A DNA stretch of 64,000 nucleotides from Candidatus Dormiibacterota bacterium (GTDB lineage Bacteria > Chloroflexota > Dormibacteria > Aeolococcales > Aeolococcaceae): assembly GCA_963713485.1 (NCBI GenBank), contig CAVQLW010000006.1, forward strand, positions 197,714 through 261,713, in the 5' to 3' direction. Positions 29,198-38,652 of the stretch are shown here, one piece after another (position 1 is the stretch's first letter; every line of letters starts with the position of its first letter). The position numbers were made by a program, and so were the translations under genes. Below the pieces are notes generated by a model, which saw only the letters and a list, made by a program, of their open reading frames with translations, had not been told where the DNA came from and searched no databases.

Positions 29198-31561
29198 TCA
29201 GTATGAGGCGCTGCTGACGTCGAACCACACCCGTCCGTAACCGGCCGTATACGTCGAGGGCAGAGTCTTGCGCGCGAAGCCGCCACCACGGGTGGTGTTG
29301 ACACGAGCCGCAAACGAACCGGAATGAACCCGGGTGCTCTCGATGACGAGGCCCTTGGCGGTGGTCCAGGCCGAGAAGTTGCCGCTCTCGAACCCGTCGG
29401 CGAAGATCACCGTGTGGCCGTTGGCGGTCAGTGCGAAGTTCTGCGTGGTCGCTGCGCCGGCGTTGACGACCACGCCGCTGCTCGACGCAGGCGCGTAGCC
29501 GGACGCGCTCACCGAAACGTCGTAGGCGGCCGGGACCACATCCGTGAAGGCATACGCTACCAGTGCTGTTCGTCAGCGTGCTCGCGCCTGGCAAGTGCAG
29601 CCAACGGTCGCGCCGGCGATCGGGGTTGCCGGTCTTCGCGTCAGTGACCGTTCCGCTGATGGCGCCGTCCTCGGTGAGCGCGGCGTTGATGGTGGTGGTC
29701 CCCCCGGCGCTCACGGAGACGTTGTCGACTTGATCGGGCACGAAGCCTGCCGCCGCGAAGGTCATCGAGTAGCTGCCGGCTGGAAGGCCGGTGAAGGAGT
29801 AGCTCCCGAGCGAGTCAGTGGTCGCGCTCCCGCCCTGGCACGTGCATTCCACGGTCACGCCGGGAAGTGCCGGATTCCCCGTCGCCGTGGCATCGGTCAC
29901 CTGGCCGCTGATCTCGCCCCCCAACCCGAGGGCGAGCTGCGCGTTCTCAGTCGTCGTGGTGCCGGCCGCCACGCTGACGTTGTTGAAGGTCTGTGGTGCA
30001 TAGCCGGTTGCTGAGAACGACAGGGAGTAATCGCTCGCAACGGCGACGCCGGTGAACGAGTAATCCCCGCTCATGTCGGTGGTGACGCTGCTGACACTGC
30101 ACGTGCAGCTGACGGTCGCGCCATCGATCGGCGTTTGTGTGCCGGCGTCCGTCACGGTGCCGGAGATGGCGCCCGTGGCCGGTCCGAAGGCGTAGACGTT
30201 GCCGTCCAGACCGCCGAAGAAGACCTGCCCATCGGACACCGCGGCCGACCCGTACATCGGCATCGACGTGAGGTAACTCCAGAGTGTCGCGCCGTCGGTG
30301 AGCCGGTAGGCGGTGATGGCGCCGCCACCATCGTTCGAGTAGATCACCTGGTCACCCGCCGACCCCGCGATGGCGGGGGAGCTGAGAACGACGCCGCTGA
30401 CCGGATGACTGGTCCCGCTGTACCAATGCTCTGCGCCGGTGGCAGCATCGAACGCCCAGACCCCATATCCGAATCCGACATAGACACTCGAACCGACGCA
30501 AGCCGGTGTCGACACGGAATTGCTGACCTTGACCCCGATCGCGGCCTGCATGTTGAAGGACCAACTCAGGGTTCCGGTCATGAGGTCGAGTGCGTACAAC
30601 ACCTGATCCTTTCCGTCGATGTAGACCTCACCGTCGGCAAAGCCGTTGACGCCCGGCGCCGTGATGCATGCTCCGGCGCCGACATCGTGGTCACCCGTGG
30701 TGGACGTGTTGTAGCGCCACACGAGCGCTCCCGTGCGGGCGTCGAGGGCGTAGACGAGGAGTCCGGCTGACTGCTGCCGAACACGAGCAGCGGACGTCCG
30801 TTGGCGTCATATGCGAGAGCCGGAGGGGCCCACGACCCGGTCTGGGTGCCGCCATTCGTGAATCCCCAGGCATTGAACGACCAGATCAACTTGCACGCGC
30901 CCAGGGGATTGCCCACGCCGGTGATCGCCCACTCGTGGCCCTTGTTGTTGGACTCGGTCAGCCCGGTGTCGCCGAAGAAGACCTCTGGTCCACTCCCGAG
31001 ATCCGTGACCAACAGGCCCGTCGAAGATGCGGCCCGTCGTCGCGAAGCTGCATTGCAGGGCACCCGTCGTCGCATCGATCGCCCACATCGTGTGGTCGGC
31101 GGATCCCCCGACGTACACGGTGTTCTGATACACCGTGGGGGAGGAATACGCGTTGATCGGACTCGCCTGCGGTATACGACCATATCGTCGCGCCTGAAGC
31201 AGCGTCGAGAGCGAGGAGCGTGTTGTTCATCGTCTCGACGTAGACGAGCGTCTTGTTCGAGCGTCGCGTTGTAGACGACCGCAGGGGTCGACTGCATCCC
31301 GCTCCCCGCCGGCACCTTCCATTTGAGTGCCAGGCCCTCGGCCGCCGCGGTCGCACCGACGGCTGGGTCGGTGGACAACCCTGAGTGCGTCGCATCGTGC
31401 TGGAGCATCGGCCAATCGTCTGCATTCGAGGGGCTCGTCACGGCGCGTGACGGCCGGTCACCGGCGACGCGGACCGGTGCCGCGACGGCGCCGGCCACGA
31501 GTACGAGGATGGCGGAGACGCCCAGCCGTCGTCCGATTCCGGCCCACCGGCTCCGTGTCAT
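29198..31561 (-). pseudogene. secreted BamB/PQQ-like beta-propeller + 3x carboxypeptidase-regulatory-like (CarboxypepD_reg) repeats + C-terminal lectin-like domain; about 7 frame disruptions
   Basis: GAGGAGGG RBS then ATG 31561, followed by a signal peptide. Sequence homologous to the intact paralogues at 38784 and 40268 hops between all three minus frames. Hops occur near 31257, 31160, 31016, 30758, 29622, 29587 and 29555. Three ISGxVTDA... repeats and an intact tail ORF (29198..29539). Net length is 3n. Confidence 0.75.
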
Positions 31562-31667
31562 GGCGGTGTCCCTCCTCGGCAACCCGTGCGGCGCAGGCCG
31601 CATTCTAGTGTCCGTGGGATGGGGGCGTTGGGGAGGTGTGTGATTCCGCGCATGGAGTGCGACCTCC

Positions 31668-32459
31668 CTACCGCACCCACGTGCCGGCGCCCGCCATGGC
31701 GTTGAACAGCGGGCGGGCGGCGCGCCCGTCGGCGATGCACGCCGCTCCGACTCCACGAAGGCGCGCCTCGGCCACGGCGCGCAGCTTCACACGCGCGCGG
31801 CCGCCGATCGCCGGAATCAGGCCCTCCGCCTCGGGTGCCGAGAGGCGGCCGATCAGCGTCGTCTCATCGCGGGGGTCGCGCAGAAGGCCGGGCGTGTCCG
31901 CGAACACCATCAGGCGCGTTGCGCCGAGCGCGACGGCGATCTCCGCGGCGAGACGATCGCCGTCCACGTTGATCGCGGTTCCATCCTCGGCGGCAATCGG
32001 AGGACACATGACCGGGGTCAGCCCGCGCCCGAGCAGGCTGCGCAGCAGTTCGGCGTCGACGGAGTCGATGCTCCCCACATGGTTGTCGTGCAGCACCCGG
32101 GCACGGCCGTCGACACTGATGCGGAGATCCGGGCGTCGCGTTCCGCGTACCACCCCGCCGTCGAGACCGCACAGCCCGAACGCGTCGACACCGAGCTGGC
32201 GCAGACGCTCGACGATTCGCTTGTTCGCCTTCCCCGCGTAGGCCATCAGGAAGTGGTCCATCGTCGTCGCATCGGTGAACCTGCTGACATCGCCGCGCGC
32301 CGACTGCACCATCTGTGGTGGACTGCCGAGACGTGTCGAGAGGTCGTCGAGGTCACGGCTCGCGCCATGCACGACGACGACCTGCTCGGTGGTCGCGGCG
32401 ATATCGTGCAGGAGCGGATCGACCCGCCGCACGCTGCCACCGATCTTGACGACGATCAT
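31668..32459 (-). CDS. lysZ: [LysW]-aminoadipate kinase (ArgB/LysZ family)
   Basis: MIVVKIGGS start, amino-acid-kinase fold pattern, 263 aa. Its start shares one nucleotide with the lysY stop. Confidence 0.8.
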   Translation of the reverse strand: MIVVKIGGSVRRVDPLLHDIAATTEQVVVVHGASRDLDDLSTRLGSPPQMVQSARGDVSRFTDATTMDHFLMAYAGKANKRIVERLRQLGVDAFGLCGLDGGVVRGTRRPDLRISVDGRARVLHDNHVGSIDSVDAELLRSLLGRGLTPVMCPPIAAEDGTAINVDGDRLAAEIAVALGATRLMVFADTPGLLRDPRDETTLIGRLSAPEAEGLIPAIGGRARVKLRAVAEARLRGVGAACIADGRAARPLFNAMAGAGTWVR

Positions 32460-33505
32460 CAGATCGGGTACAGGCCGCTGAATTCGAGGCCGAGCCTCTC
32501 GGGAAACCCGTGCCGCACGTTGAACGCCTGCACCGCCTGGCCGGCGGACCCCTTGACGAGATTGTCGAGCGCGGCGGTGACCACGACGCGACGCGAATGC
32601 GGGTCGCGCTCGAAGCCGACGTCACAGTAGTTGGTGCCCGAGAGCAGCTTCGGATTGGGTGACCGGTGCAGGCCGGTGCGCGACTTCACGATGCGCACGA
32701 ACGGCTCGGACGCGTACCGCGACCGGTAGAGCTGCCACAGCGCCCGATCGTCGAGGTCGCTGGTGAGAAACGCGTGCGCTGTGACCAGCACGCCACGCAC
32801 CGCCTCGACCGCGGTTGCCGAGAACGACACCGCCGGGCCGGTGGATCCGACGCGCAGCTCCTGCGCAATCTCCGCGGTGTGCCGGTGCCCCGTCGGCGCG
32901 TACGAGCGCAGCTCGCCGCTGCGGTGCGCGTGGTGGGTTGCCTCTCCCGGCTGCGCCCCGGCGGCCGATGAGCCGACCTTCGCCTCGACGACGAGGGGGA
33001 CCTGATGGTCGAGAACCCCCGCGCACGCCAGGGGGAGGAGACCGAGGATCGACGCGGTCGCGAGGCAGCCACCCGTGGCGATGAGCGCCGCGGAGGCGAT
33101 CTCCGCGCGGTGCAGCTCGGCAAGGCCGTAGACCGCGGCGCCGAGCAGCTCCGGCGACGGGTGTGCCCATCCGTACCAACGCGGGTAGTCCGCCGCGTCG
33201 CGCAGGCGGAAGTCCGCGCCGAGATCGATCACCACCGGTGCGGCAGCGCGCAACGGCCCGATCGCACCGCTCGACTCACCATGGCTCATCGCGACAAACA
33301 CGACGTCAGCCGGCTCGAGCGAGTCACGTGAGGAGAAGCGCAGCTCGGTCCGGTTGCGCAGCGGCGGATGCACGGTTGCGACGGGCTTCCCGGCGAGGCG
33401 CTCGGAGGTGACCTGCACCAGGTCAACCTCGGGGTGACCGGTGAGCAGGCGGAGCAGCTCGCCACCGGCGTAGCCCGCGCCGCCGACGACCGCCGCGCGG
33501 ATCAC
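32459..33505 (-). CDS. lysY: [LysW]-aminoadipate 6-phosphate reductase (ArgC/LysY family)
   Basis: VVGGAGYAGGELLRLL Rossmann motif and the active-site Cys context ATGGCLATA. GTG 33505 overlaps the lysK TGA (GTGA). Confidence 0.85.
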   Translation of the reverse strand: MIRAAVVGGAGYAGGELLRLLTGHPEVDLVQVTSERLAGKPVATVHPPLRNRTELRFSSRDSLEPADVVFVAMSHGESSGAIGPLRAAAPVVIDLGADFRLRDAADYPRWYGWAHPSPELLGAAVYGLAELHRAEIASAALIATGGCLATASILGLLPLACAGVLDHQVPLVVEAKVGSSAAGAQPGEATHHAHRSGELRSYAPTGHRHTAEIAQELRVGSTGPAVSFSATAVEAVRGVLVTAHAFLTSDLDDRALWQLYRSRYASEPFVRIVKSRTGLHRSPNPKLLSGTNYCDVGFERDPHSRRVVVTAALDNLVKGSAGQAVQAFNVRHGFPERLGLEFSGLYPI

Positions 33506-34569
33506 AGCTCGCCCAACACGCGATCGAGCACGTCGACGCCGCGCTCGAGCTCGGCGATTGAGACGTGCTCGTGCGGGGTGTGGTCGAGGCTCGAGTCGCC
33601 CGGTCCATACGCCACTGCCTCGCAGCGCCATGCCGGCGCCAGGATGTTGAGGTCCGACGTGCCGGTCTTGAGCTTGAAGCGCGGCGCTCCACCGCCGGCG
33701 CGGATGGCGCGGGTGAATGCACGGGCGAGGGCGCTGCTCCGATCCGTGCGGATGGCGGGCTCCTGCCCGACGACGGCTAGGTCACCTCCGCTCGAAGCGG
33801 AGCGAGCGACGTCGATCAGTGCGTCGACATCGCATGCTGGCGGGGTGCGGATGCCGATGTCGACGGTTGCTCGGTCGATGAGCCCGTCACTTTGGGAATC
33901 GAACCTGAGCACGCGAACGTCGACGCACTCGAAGACTCCTGCGGACTCGCTCGCGGCTCGCGCGTGGTCCTGAAGCGCGCGCACGAGGGCGACACCACGG
34001 TCGGGAGCGCTCGGCTCACGTCCGGCACCGTGCGCGTGCTCCTGCTCGATGCGCCAGTGGAGACGGAGGCTTCCCTTGTACGCGATCGTCACCGCATCCC
34101 ACCCGCTCGGCTCGAGGATGACGAGGCCGTCGGGAGCGCTCATCGTGGTGGCGAGGTGGCGGGCGCCACGCGACGTCGATTCCTCCTCGACGGCACCGAC
34201 CACCACGTACCGCAATCCCGCGTCCGAGCGCTGACGGCTGACGGCCGCGATAGCCGACGCTAGCGGGCCCTTCGCGTCCACCGCCCCACGTCCATGGAGC
34301 ACGTCGCCGTCACGACGCACCGCGATGTGCCCGGCCACGGTGTCGAGATGTCCGACCAGCGCGATCGTCCTCGGTCCATCACCCCAGCCCGCCACGACAT
34401 TGCCCGCGCCATCGACCGCCACATCGAAGCCGGCTGGGAGGAGGCGCGAGACGAGCAGTGCGGCAAGCGCGCCCTCGCCGCCACTCGGACTCGGCACCGC
34501 GAGCATTTCGGTGAGCAGGCCGGCTGCGTCGATACGGGTCCGCGATCGGACGGCTGCACTCGACGTCAC
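33502..34569 (-). CDS. lysK: [LysW]-lysine hydrolase (M20 ArgE/DapE/LysK family)
   Basis: SPSGGEG...LVGHLDTV...HGRGAVDAKGPLA are M20 motifs. GTG 34569 lies 1 nt after the lysX stop. The longer track start 34647 would overlap lysX. Confidence 0.75.
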   Translation of the reverse strand: MTSSAAVRSRTRIDAAGLLTEMLAVPSPSGGEGALAALLVSRLLPAGFDVAVDGAGNVVAGWGDGPRTIALVGHLDTVAGHIAVRRDGDVLHGRGAVDAKGPLASAIAAVSRQRSDAGLRYVVVGAVEEESTSRGARHLATTMSAPDGLVILEPSGWDAVTIAYKGSLRLHWRIEQEHAHGAGREPSAPDRGVALVRALQDHARAASESAGVFECVDVRVLRFDSQSDGLIDRATVDIGIRTPPACDVDALIDVARSASSGGDLAVVGQEPAIRTDRSSALARAFTRAIRAGGGAPRFKLKTGTSDLNILAPAWRCEAVAYGPGDSSLDHTPHEHVSIAELERGVDVLDRVLGEL

Positions 34570-34570
34570 G

Positions 34571-35431
34571 TCAGACCCCGGCACCGGCCGCTGCGCCCCG
34601 TACGACCGCGCAGACGTGATCGGCGACGCGTCCGGGGATGTCGACACCGGTCACGTCGATGGAGTTGCGGAATTCCATCGTCGCGTTGACCTCGCTGACG
34701 AGGAGCCGGTCGCCGTCCTCGAGCAGGTCGACCGCGAGGACCCCGCCACCGACGGCGGCGGCGGCGCGCAGTGTGATTGCGCGGAGATCGGCGCCGACCG
34801 GGCAGTTGCGCGTGCTCGCGCCTCTCGCCGTGTTGGTCACCCAATGCTCCGATTCGCGATAGATGGCGCAGATCACCTCGTCGCCGACAACGAAGGCGCG
34901 GATGTCCCGCCCCGGCTTGTCGACGTGACGCTGCAGATAGAAGATCGAGTGCTCCGGACCCCCGAGCAGCGCCTTGTGCTCGAAGAGCGCTTCCGCGGCG
35001 TCCCTCCCGTTGATCCGCGCGAGGAGCCGGCCCCAGGAACCCGTCACCGGCTTCAGCACGACCGGGTAGCCGAGGTCCTCCGTGGCTCGGAGCGCGGCCT
35101 CGGGGCTGAATGCCACCGCCGTCGGCGGGGTGGGCACACCGGCCGCCTCGAGGAGCGCCGACGTGTCGAGCTTGCTCGCGCACGCGGCCACCACCGCATG
35201 GCGGTTCACCGTCGGGACACCCCACGACTCCACGACTCGCAGCGCGGCGAGCCCGCGCGTCTGCGACAGGCTCCGTTCGAGGACCACGTCCCACTCGCGC
35301 AGCGGCTGCGCGAGCGTGAGGGTCAGCTCGCGATCATCCACGACGTCGACGTCGATGTCGCGGTGCGCGAGGGCGTCCCGCAACAGCTTCTCCTCGACGC
35401 GCATGCGCGAGCAGAGCATCCCGACACGCAC
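34571..35431 (-). CDS. lysX: alpha-aminoadipate--LysW ligase (RimK-type ATP-grasp)
   Basis: ATP-grasp pattern: PVVLKPVTGSWGR, RAFVVGDEV, LAVDLLE, SEVNATMEFRN. The start could be GTG 35431 or ATG 35419, just after the lysW stop. Confidence 0.85.
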   Translation of the reverse strand: MRVGMLCSRMRVEEKLLRDALAHRDIDVDVVDDRELTLTLAQPLREWDVVLERSLSQTRGLAALRVVESWGVPTVNRHAVVAACASKLDTSALLEAAGVPTPPTAVAFSPEAALRATEDLGYPVVLKPVTGSWGRLLARINGRDAAEALFEHKALLGGPEHSIFYLQRHVDKPGRDIRAFVVGDEVICAIYRESEHWVTNTARGASTRNCPVGADLRAITLRAAAAVGGGVLAVDLLEDGDRLLVSEVNATMEFRNSIDVTGVDIPGRVADHVCAVVRGAAAGAGV

Positions 35432-35435
35432 ACGT

Positions 35436-35594
35436 CTACTCACCCCAGTCAACTTCCTCGGGCGGCGCGAGCACCAGGTACGGCGGGTCGACCCGGATCA
35501 CCTCGAGCTCGGCATTGCAGTCCGGGCACGAGACGACCTCGCCGCGCTCGACGCCGCCGCGGAGCGCCACCGTCGCATCGCATTCAGGACACAC
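35436..35594 (-). CDS. lysW: amino-group carrier protein LysW (52 aa; below ORF-track cutoff)
   Basis: GAGGAGG RBS then GTG. Product is MCPECDATVALRGGVERGEVVSCPDCNAELEVIRVDPPYLVLAPPEEVDWGE. It has a Cys4 ribbon plus the diagnostic acidic C-terminal DWGE tail. It sits between hacB and lysX. Confidence 0.85.
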   Translation of the reverse strand: MCPECDATVALRGGVERGEVVSCPDCNAELEVIRVDPPYLVLAPPEEVDWGE

Positions 35595-36096
35595 CTCGCA
35601 CCTCCTCGACGGCCGCCCAGCCGCCCTGTCTGATCAGTCCCACCAACGACCCCGCCTCGATGATGCGGAGCGCGACGCCCGAGGGCGGCTCGCCGTGCAG
35701 CGTTCCCGACGGTCCCGTGATCTCGCCGCTCAGCGTGTCGACGGACACGCGATCGCCGTCGCGGAGCACTCGATGTGCCTCGGCGCACCGGATCACCGGC
35801 AGGCCGATGTTCACCGCGTTCCGATAGAAGATGCGCGCGAAGCCCGCGGCGATCACCGCCGCGATGCCGTTCTGCTTGATGGCCAGCGGTGCGTGCTCGC
35901 GCGAGCTGCCGCATCCGAAGTTGCGTCCAGCGACGATGACGTCGCCGGGCTGCACGTCCTCGACGAAGTCCGGACGCGCCTCGATGAGGCATGCGCGCCG
36001 CAGGCCGTCCGGGTCGGTGGTCACGTTGTACCGGCCGGGCATGATCGCGTCGGTGCTGATGCCGTCGCCGAGCAGGAACACGCGGCCGCTCATCAC
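35584..36096 (-). CDS. hacB: homoaconitase small subunit (LeuD/HacB family)
   Basis: LeuD-type motifs GRNFGCGSSREHAP and GFARIFYRNA. Its start overlaps the hacA stop. Confidence 0.85.
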   Translation of the reverse strand: MMSGRVFLLGDGISTDAIMPGRYNVTTDPDGLRRACLIEARPDFVEDVQPGDVIVAGRNFGCGSSREHAPLAIKQNGIAAVIAAGFARIFYRNAVNIGLPVIRCAEAHRVLRDGDRVSVDTLSGEITGPSGTLHGEPPSGVALRIIEAGSLVGLIRQGGWAAVEEVRGVS

Positions 36097-37329
36097 CGTT
36101 CCCCCAGTGTTGCGGGATCGGTGATCGACCCGGCCACCGCCGACGCCGCGGCGACCGCCGGCGACGCGAGGAAGATCTGGGCGTCAGGGCTGCCCATGCG
36201 ACCCGGGTAGTTGCGGTTGCTCGTGGACAGCACCCGCTCGCCCGGGCCGACGACGCCGTGCTGCCTGCCGAGGCACGGACCGCATCCTGGATTGAGCACC
36301 AGCGCGCCGGCATGGGCGAACGTCTCGATGTATCCCGCTGCGAGCGCGTCGAGATACACGCCGCGCGACGCGGGAACCACGACCGTGCGCGTTCGCGGGT
36401 GCACGCTGCGTCCCGCGAGGATCTCGGCCGCCAGCGCGAGGTCGCTGAGCCGCCCGTTGGTGCAGCTGCCGATGAAGACCTCGTCGAGCGGGGTGCCCAC
36501 CACATCGTCGATGTCGTGGACGTTGTCGATGCTCGGGTGCACCGCGACCTGCGGCCGCAGCGCGTCCGCATCGACCACCAGCGTCCGTGCGTACTCGGGG
36601 CGAACCGGATGGAGGTCGACCGCGTCGCCGCCGGCGTGCCGCATGGTCGTCTCATCCGGTTCGACCAGCCCGGTCTTGGCGCCGAAGTCGGTGCTGAGGT
36701 TGCACAGCGTCAGCCGATCGGCAACGCTCATCGCTCGCACCGCCTCGCCGGTCCATTCCACCGCGCAGTAGTCGGCGCCGTCCGCGCCGAGGTTGCGGAT
36801 CACGTGAAGCGCCAGGTCCTTTGCGTAGACGCCCTGCGGCAACGCCCCGCGGACGTCGATGCGGATCGTCTCGGGGATGCGGAACCACGTCTTGCCGGTG
36901 GCGAACACGACGCCGATATCGGTCGATCCGAGCCCGGTCGCGAAGCACCCGAGACCACCGTAGGTGGTGGTGTGCGAAGTCCGCGCCGACGACGACACCG
37001 CCGGGGCGGGCGAGCCGTCGGTCGATCATCACCTGATGGCAGATGCCTTCGGCGAACAGGTTGGTGATCGCGTGCTCGACGCAGAACTCGCGGATGACGC
37101 GATGCAACTCGGCGGCGGCGACGGTGTTCGCCGGCATCACGTGGTCGAAGTTGAACACGATCCTGTCCGGGTCCCAGAGGGGCAGCTCCAGCGATCGAAA
37201 CGCCTCGATGGCGAGCGGTCCGGTGACGTCGTGCGCTGCCGCGACGTCCACGTCGGCGATCACCGTGTCGCCGGCGCGCACCGCGCGTCCGAGACGCCGG
37301 CTGAACAGTTCCTCGGTCAGAGTTCCCAT
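36093..37329 (-). CDS. hacA: homoaconitase large subunit (LeuC/HacA family), one +1 frameshift at about 36977
   Basis: ORF 36652..37329 reads correctly up to ...GGVVVGAD. ORF 36093..36998 continues with SHTTTYGGLGCFATG...GSCTNGR...CGPCLG. Removing one base of gcgAAgtc restores GADSHTT. Length is 3n+1. GGAGGGG RBS before ATG 37329. Confidence 0.85.
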
Positions 37330-37345
37330 GTTTGTCTGCCCCTCC

Positions 37346-38473
37346 TCAGGCCTGTGCCCAGTTCATGATCAACGCATCGAGGTCGTCGCTCTCCATCGGG
37401 CCATCGTCACCGCGCCGCTTCACCTCGGCCGTGAGGCGGCGGAGGCGCTCGTCGTCGAGGTCGACACCGAGCGCGGACGCGCGATCGCCGACAGCGTGGT
37501 GCCCAGCCAGCCGGTGGCCCACCAGGATGCTTCGCTCCCGCCCGAATCGCGCGGGATCGAGCACCTCGTACGAACCAGGATCGGCGAGCACCGCCTTGGT
37601 GTGCATGCCCGCCTTGTGATGGAAGGCGGTGGGCGCGGTCACCGCGGCGTTGAACGGGATGGCCACGCCGAGGATGCCGGCGAGCATCTCGTCGAGCTCC
37701 GGCAGCATCTCGAGCCGGTAGTGATCGACAAGCTCCGGTTGCAGCGTGTGGAGGCGGGCCATCATCGACGAGAGGGGAACGATGCCGTTGCGCTCGCCGA
37801 TCCCGAGGACAGTGGTGTCGATATGGGTTGCTCCCGCCTCGAGGGCCGCAAGCGCGTTCGCCACCGCGCACCCGGTGTCGTCGTGCGCGTGGAACTCGAT
37901 GTCGCAGCCGACGTTGCGGCGCACCAGTGAGACGAGGTCGTACACCTGCGAGGGCGTTGCCACACCGACCGTGTCGGCGAGCCCCACTCGATCGGTGCCG
38001 GCGCGATCGATCGCCCGGTAGATGCGCACGAGGTCGTCCGGGTCGGAGCGGAACGAGTCCTCGGTGCTGAAGCGCGCCTCGAGACCCGCCTGGCGGATCG
38101 CGGTGACCACCGCGCTGCCGACCTCGATGATCTCGCCGATGCTCATGCCGTGCGAGACCGGACGCAGGCGGGAGGACGTGGCGATGAGCACGTCGACGCC
38201 GTCGACACCCGTGTCGATCGCGAGGTTCGCGTCGTCGAGGCTGCACCGCACATGGGTCAGCAGCTTGAAGTTCCGCTCGGCGCGTGCCAGGCGGCGGAGG
38301 TCGGCCTCGGAGCTCGGTGACGCCACCGGGGACGTGAGCTCCATGTAGTCGACGCCGAACCGGTCCAGCGCCGCCGCTATCGCGAGCTTCTGGTCGAGCG
38401 TGAAATGGGCGAGCGCGAACTGCTCGCCTTCGCGAAGCGTGCTGTCGATGATGCGGAAGGAGGTGATGCTCAT
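37346..38473 (-). CDS. hcs: homocitrate synthase
   Basis: IIDSTLREGEQ start block, HAHDDTGCAVAN, 375 aa. It is the first gene of the lysW operon. Confidence 0.85.
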   Translation of the reverse strand: MSITSFRIIDSTLREGEQFALAHFTLDQKLAIAAALDRFGVDYMELTSPVASPSSEADLRRLARAERNFKLLTHVRCSLDDANLAIDTGVDGVDVLIATSSRLRPVSHGMSIGEIIEVGSAVVTAIRQAGLEARFSTEDSFRSDPDDLVRIYRAIDRAGTDRVGLADTVGVATPSQVYDLVSLVRRNVGCDIEFHAHDDTGCAVANALAALEAGATHIDTTVLGIGERNGIVPLSSMMARLHTLQPELVDHYRLEMLPELDEMLAGILGVAIPFNAAVTAPTAFHHKAGMHTKAVLADPGSYEVLDPARFGRERSILVGHRLAGHHAVGDRASALGVDLDDERLRRLTAEVKRRGDDGPMESDDLDALIMNWAQA

Positions 38474-38495
38474 GAATGCCTGTGTGTGGGTTGAT

Positions 38496-38536
38496 GGACA
38501 AAAGAAAAGAGCCCCTTCGAGGAAGGGGCTCTTCGC
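38496..38536 (-). terminator. intrinsic terminator inside the hcs 5' leader (attenuator)
   Basis: Minus strand reads GCGAAGAGCCCCUU-CCUCG-AAGGGGCUCUU followed by UUCUUUUG. It ends 23 nt before the hcs ATG. Confidence 0.6.
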
Positions 38537-38565
38537 GGAATCTGATCCGGTCTACGTGTGTGCCG

Positions 38566-38643
38566 TCACCTCATCCGTGCGCGGAGAAACCCACTCCTCG
38601 GGAGCGAGGTGGCTTTTTTGGCGAGGCGCACGGAGGTCTGCAC
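38566..38643 (-). CDS. candidate leader peptide with tandem Lys codons (MQTSVRLAKKATSLPRSGFLRARMR)
   Basis: GTG lies about 3-5 nt from the predicted TSS, so it is near-leaderless. AAA AAA at 38619-38614. Stop at 38566. It overlaps the antiterminator arm at 38592-38580. Confidence 0.4.
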   Translation of the reverse strand: MQTSVRLAKKATSLPRSGFLRARMR

Positions 38644-38652
38644 GACCGGAGC

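Noticed and set aside
38540-38650. Lysine (L-box) riboswitch in the hcs leader
   Set aside because: The leader is only about 110 nt up to the terminator. In the transcribed (minus) orientation it lacks the conserved L-box elements. A GAGGCGC-like string occurs only on the non-transcribed strand. The Lys-codon mini-ORF plus alternative hairpins explains the terminator better.
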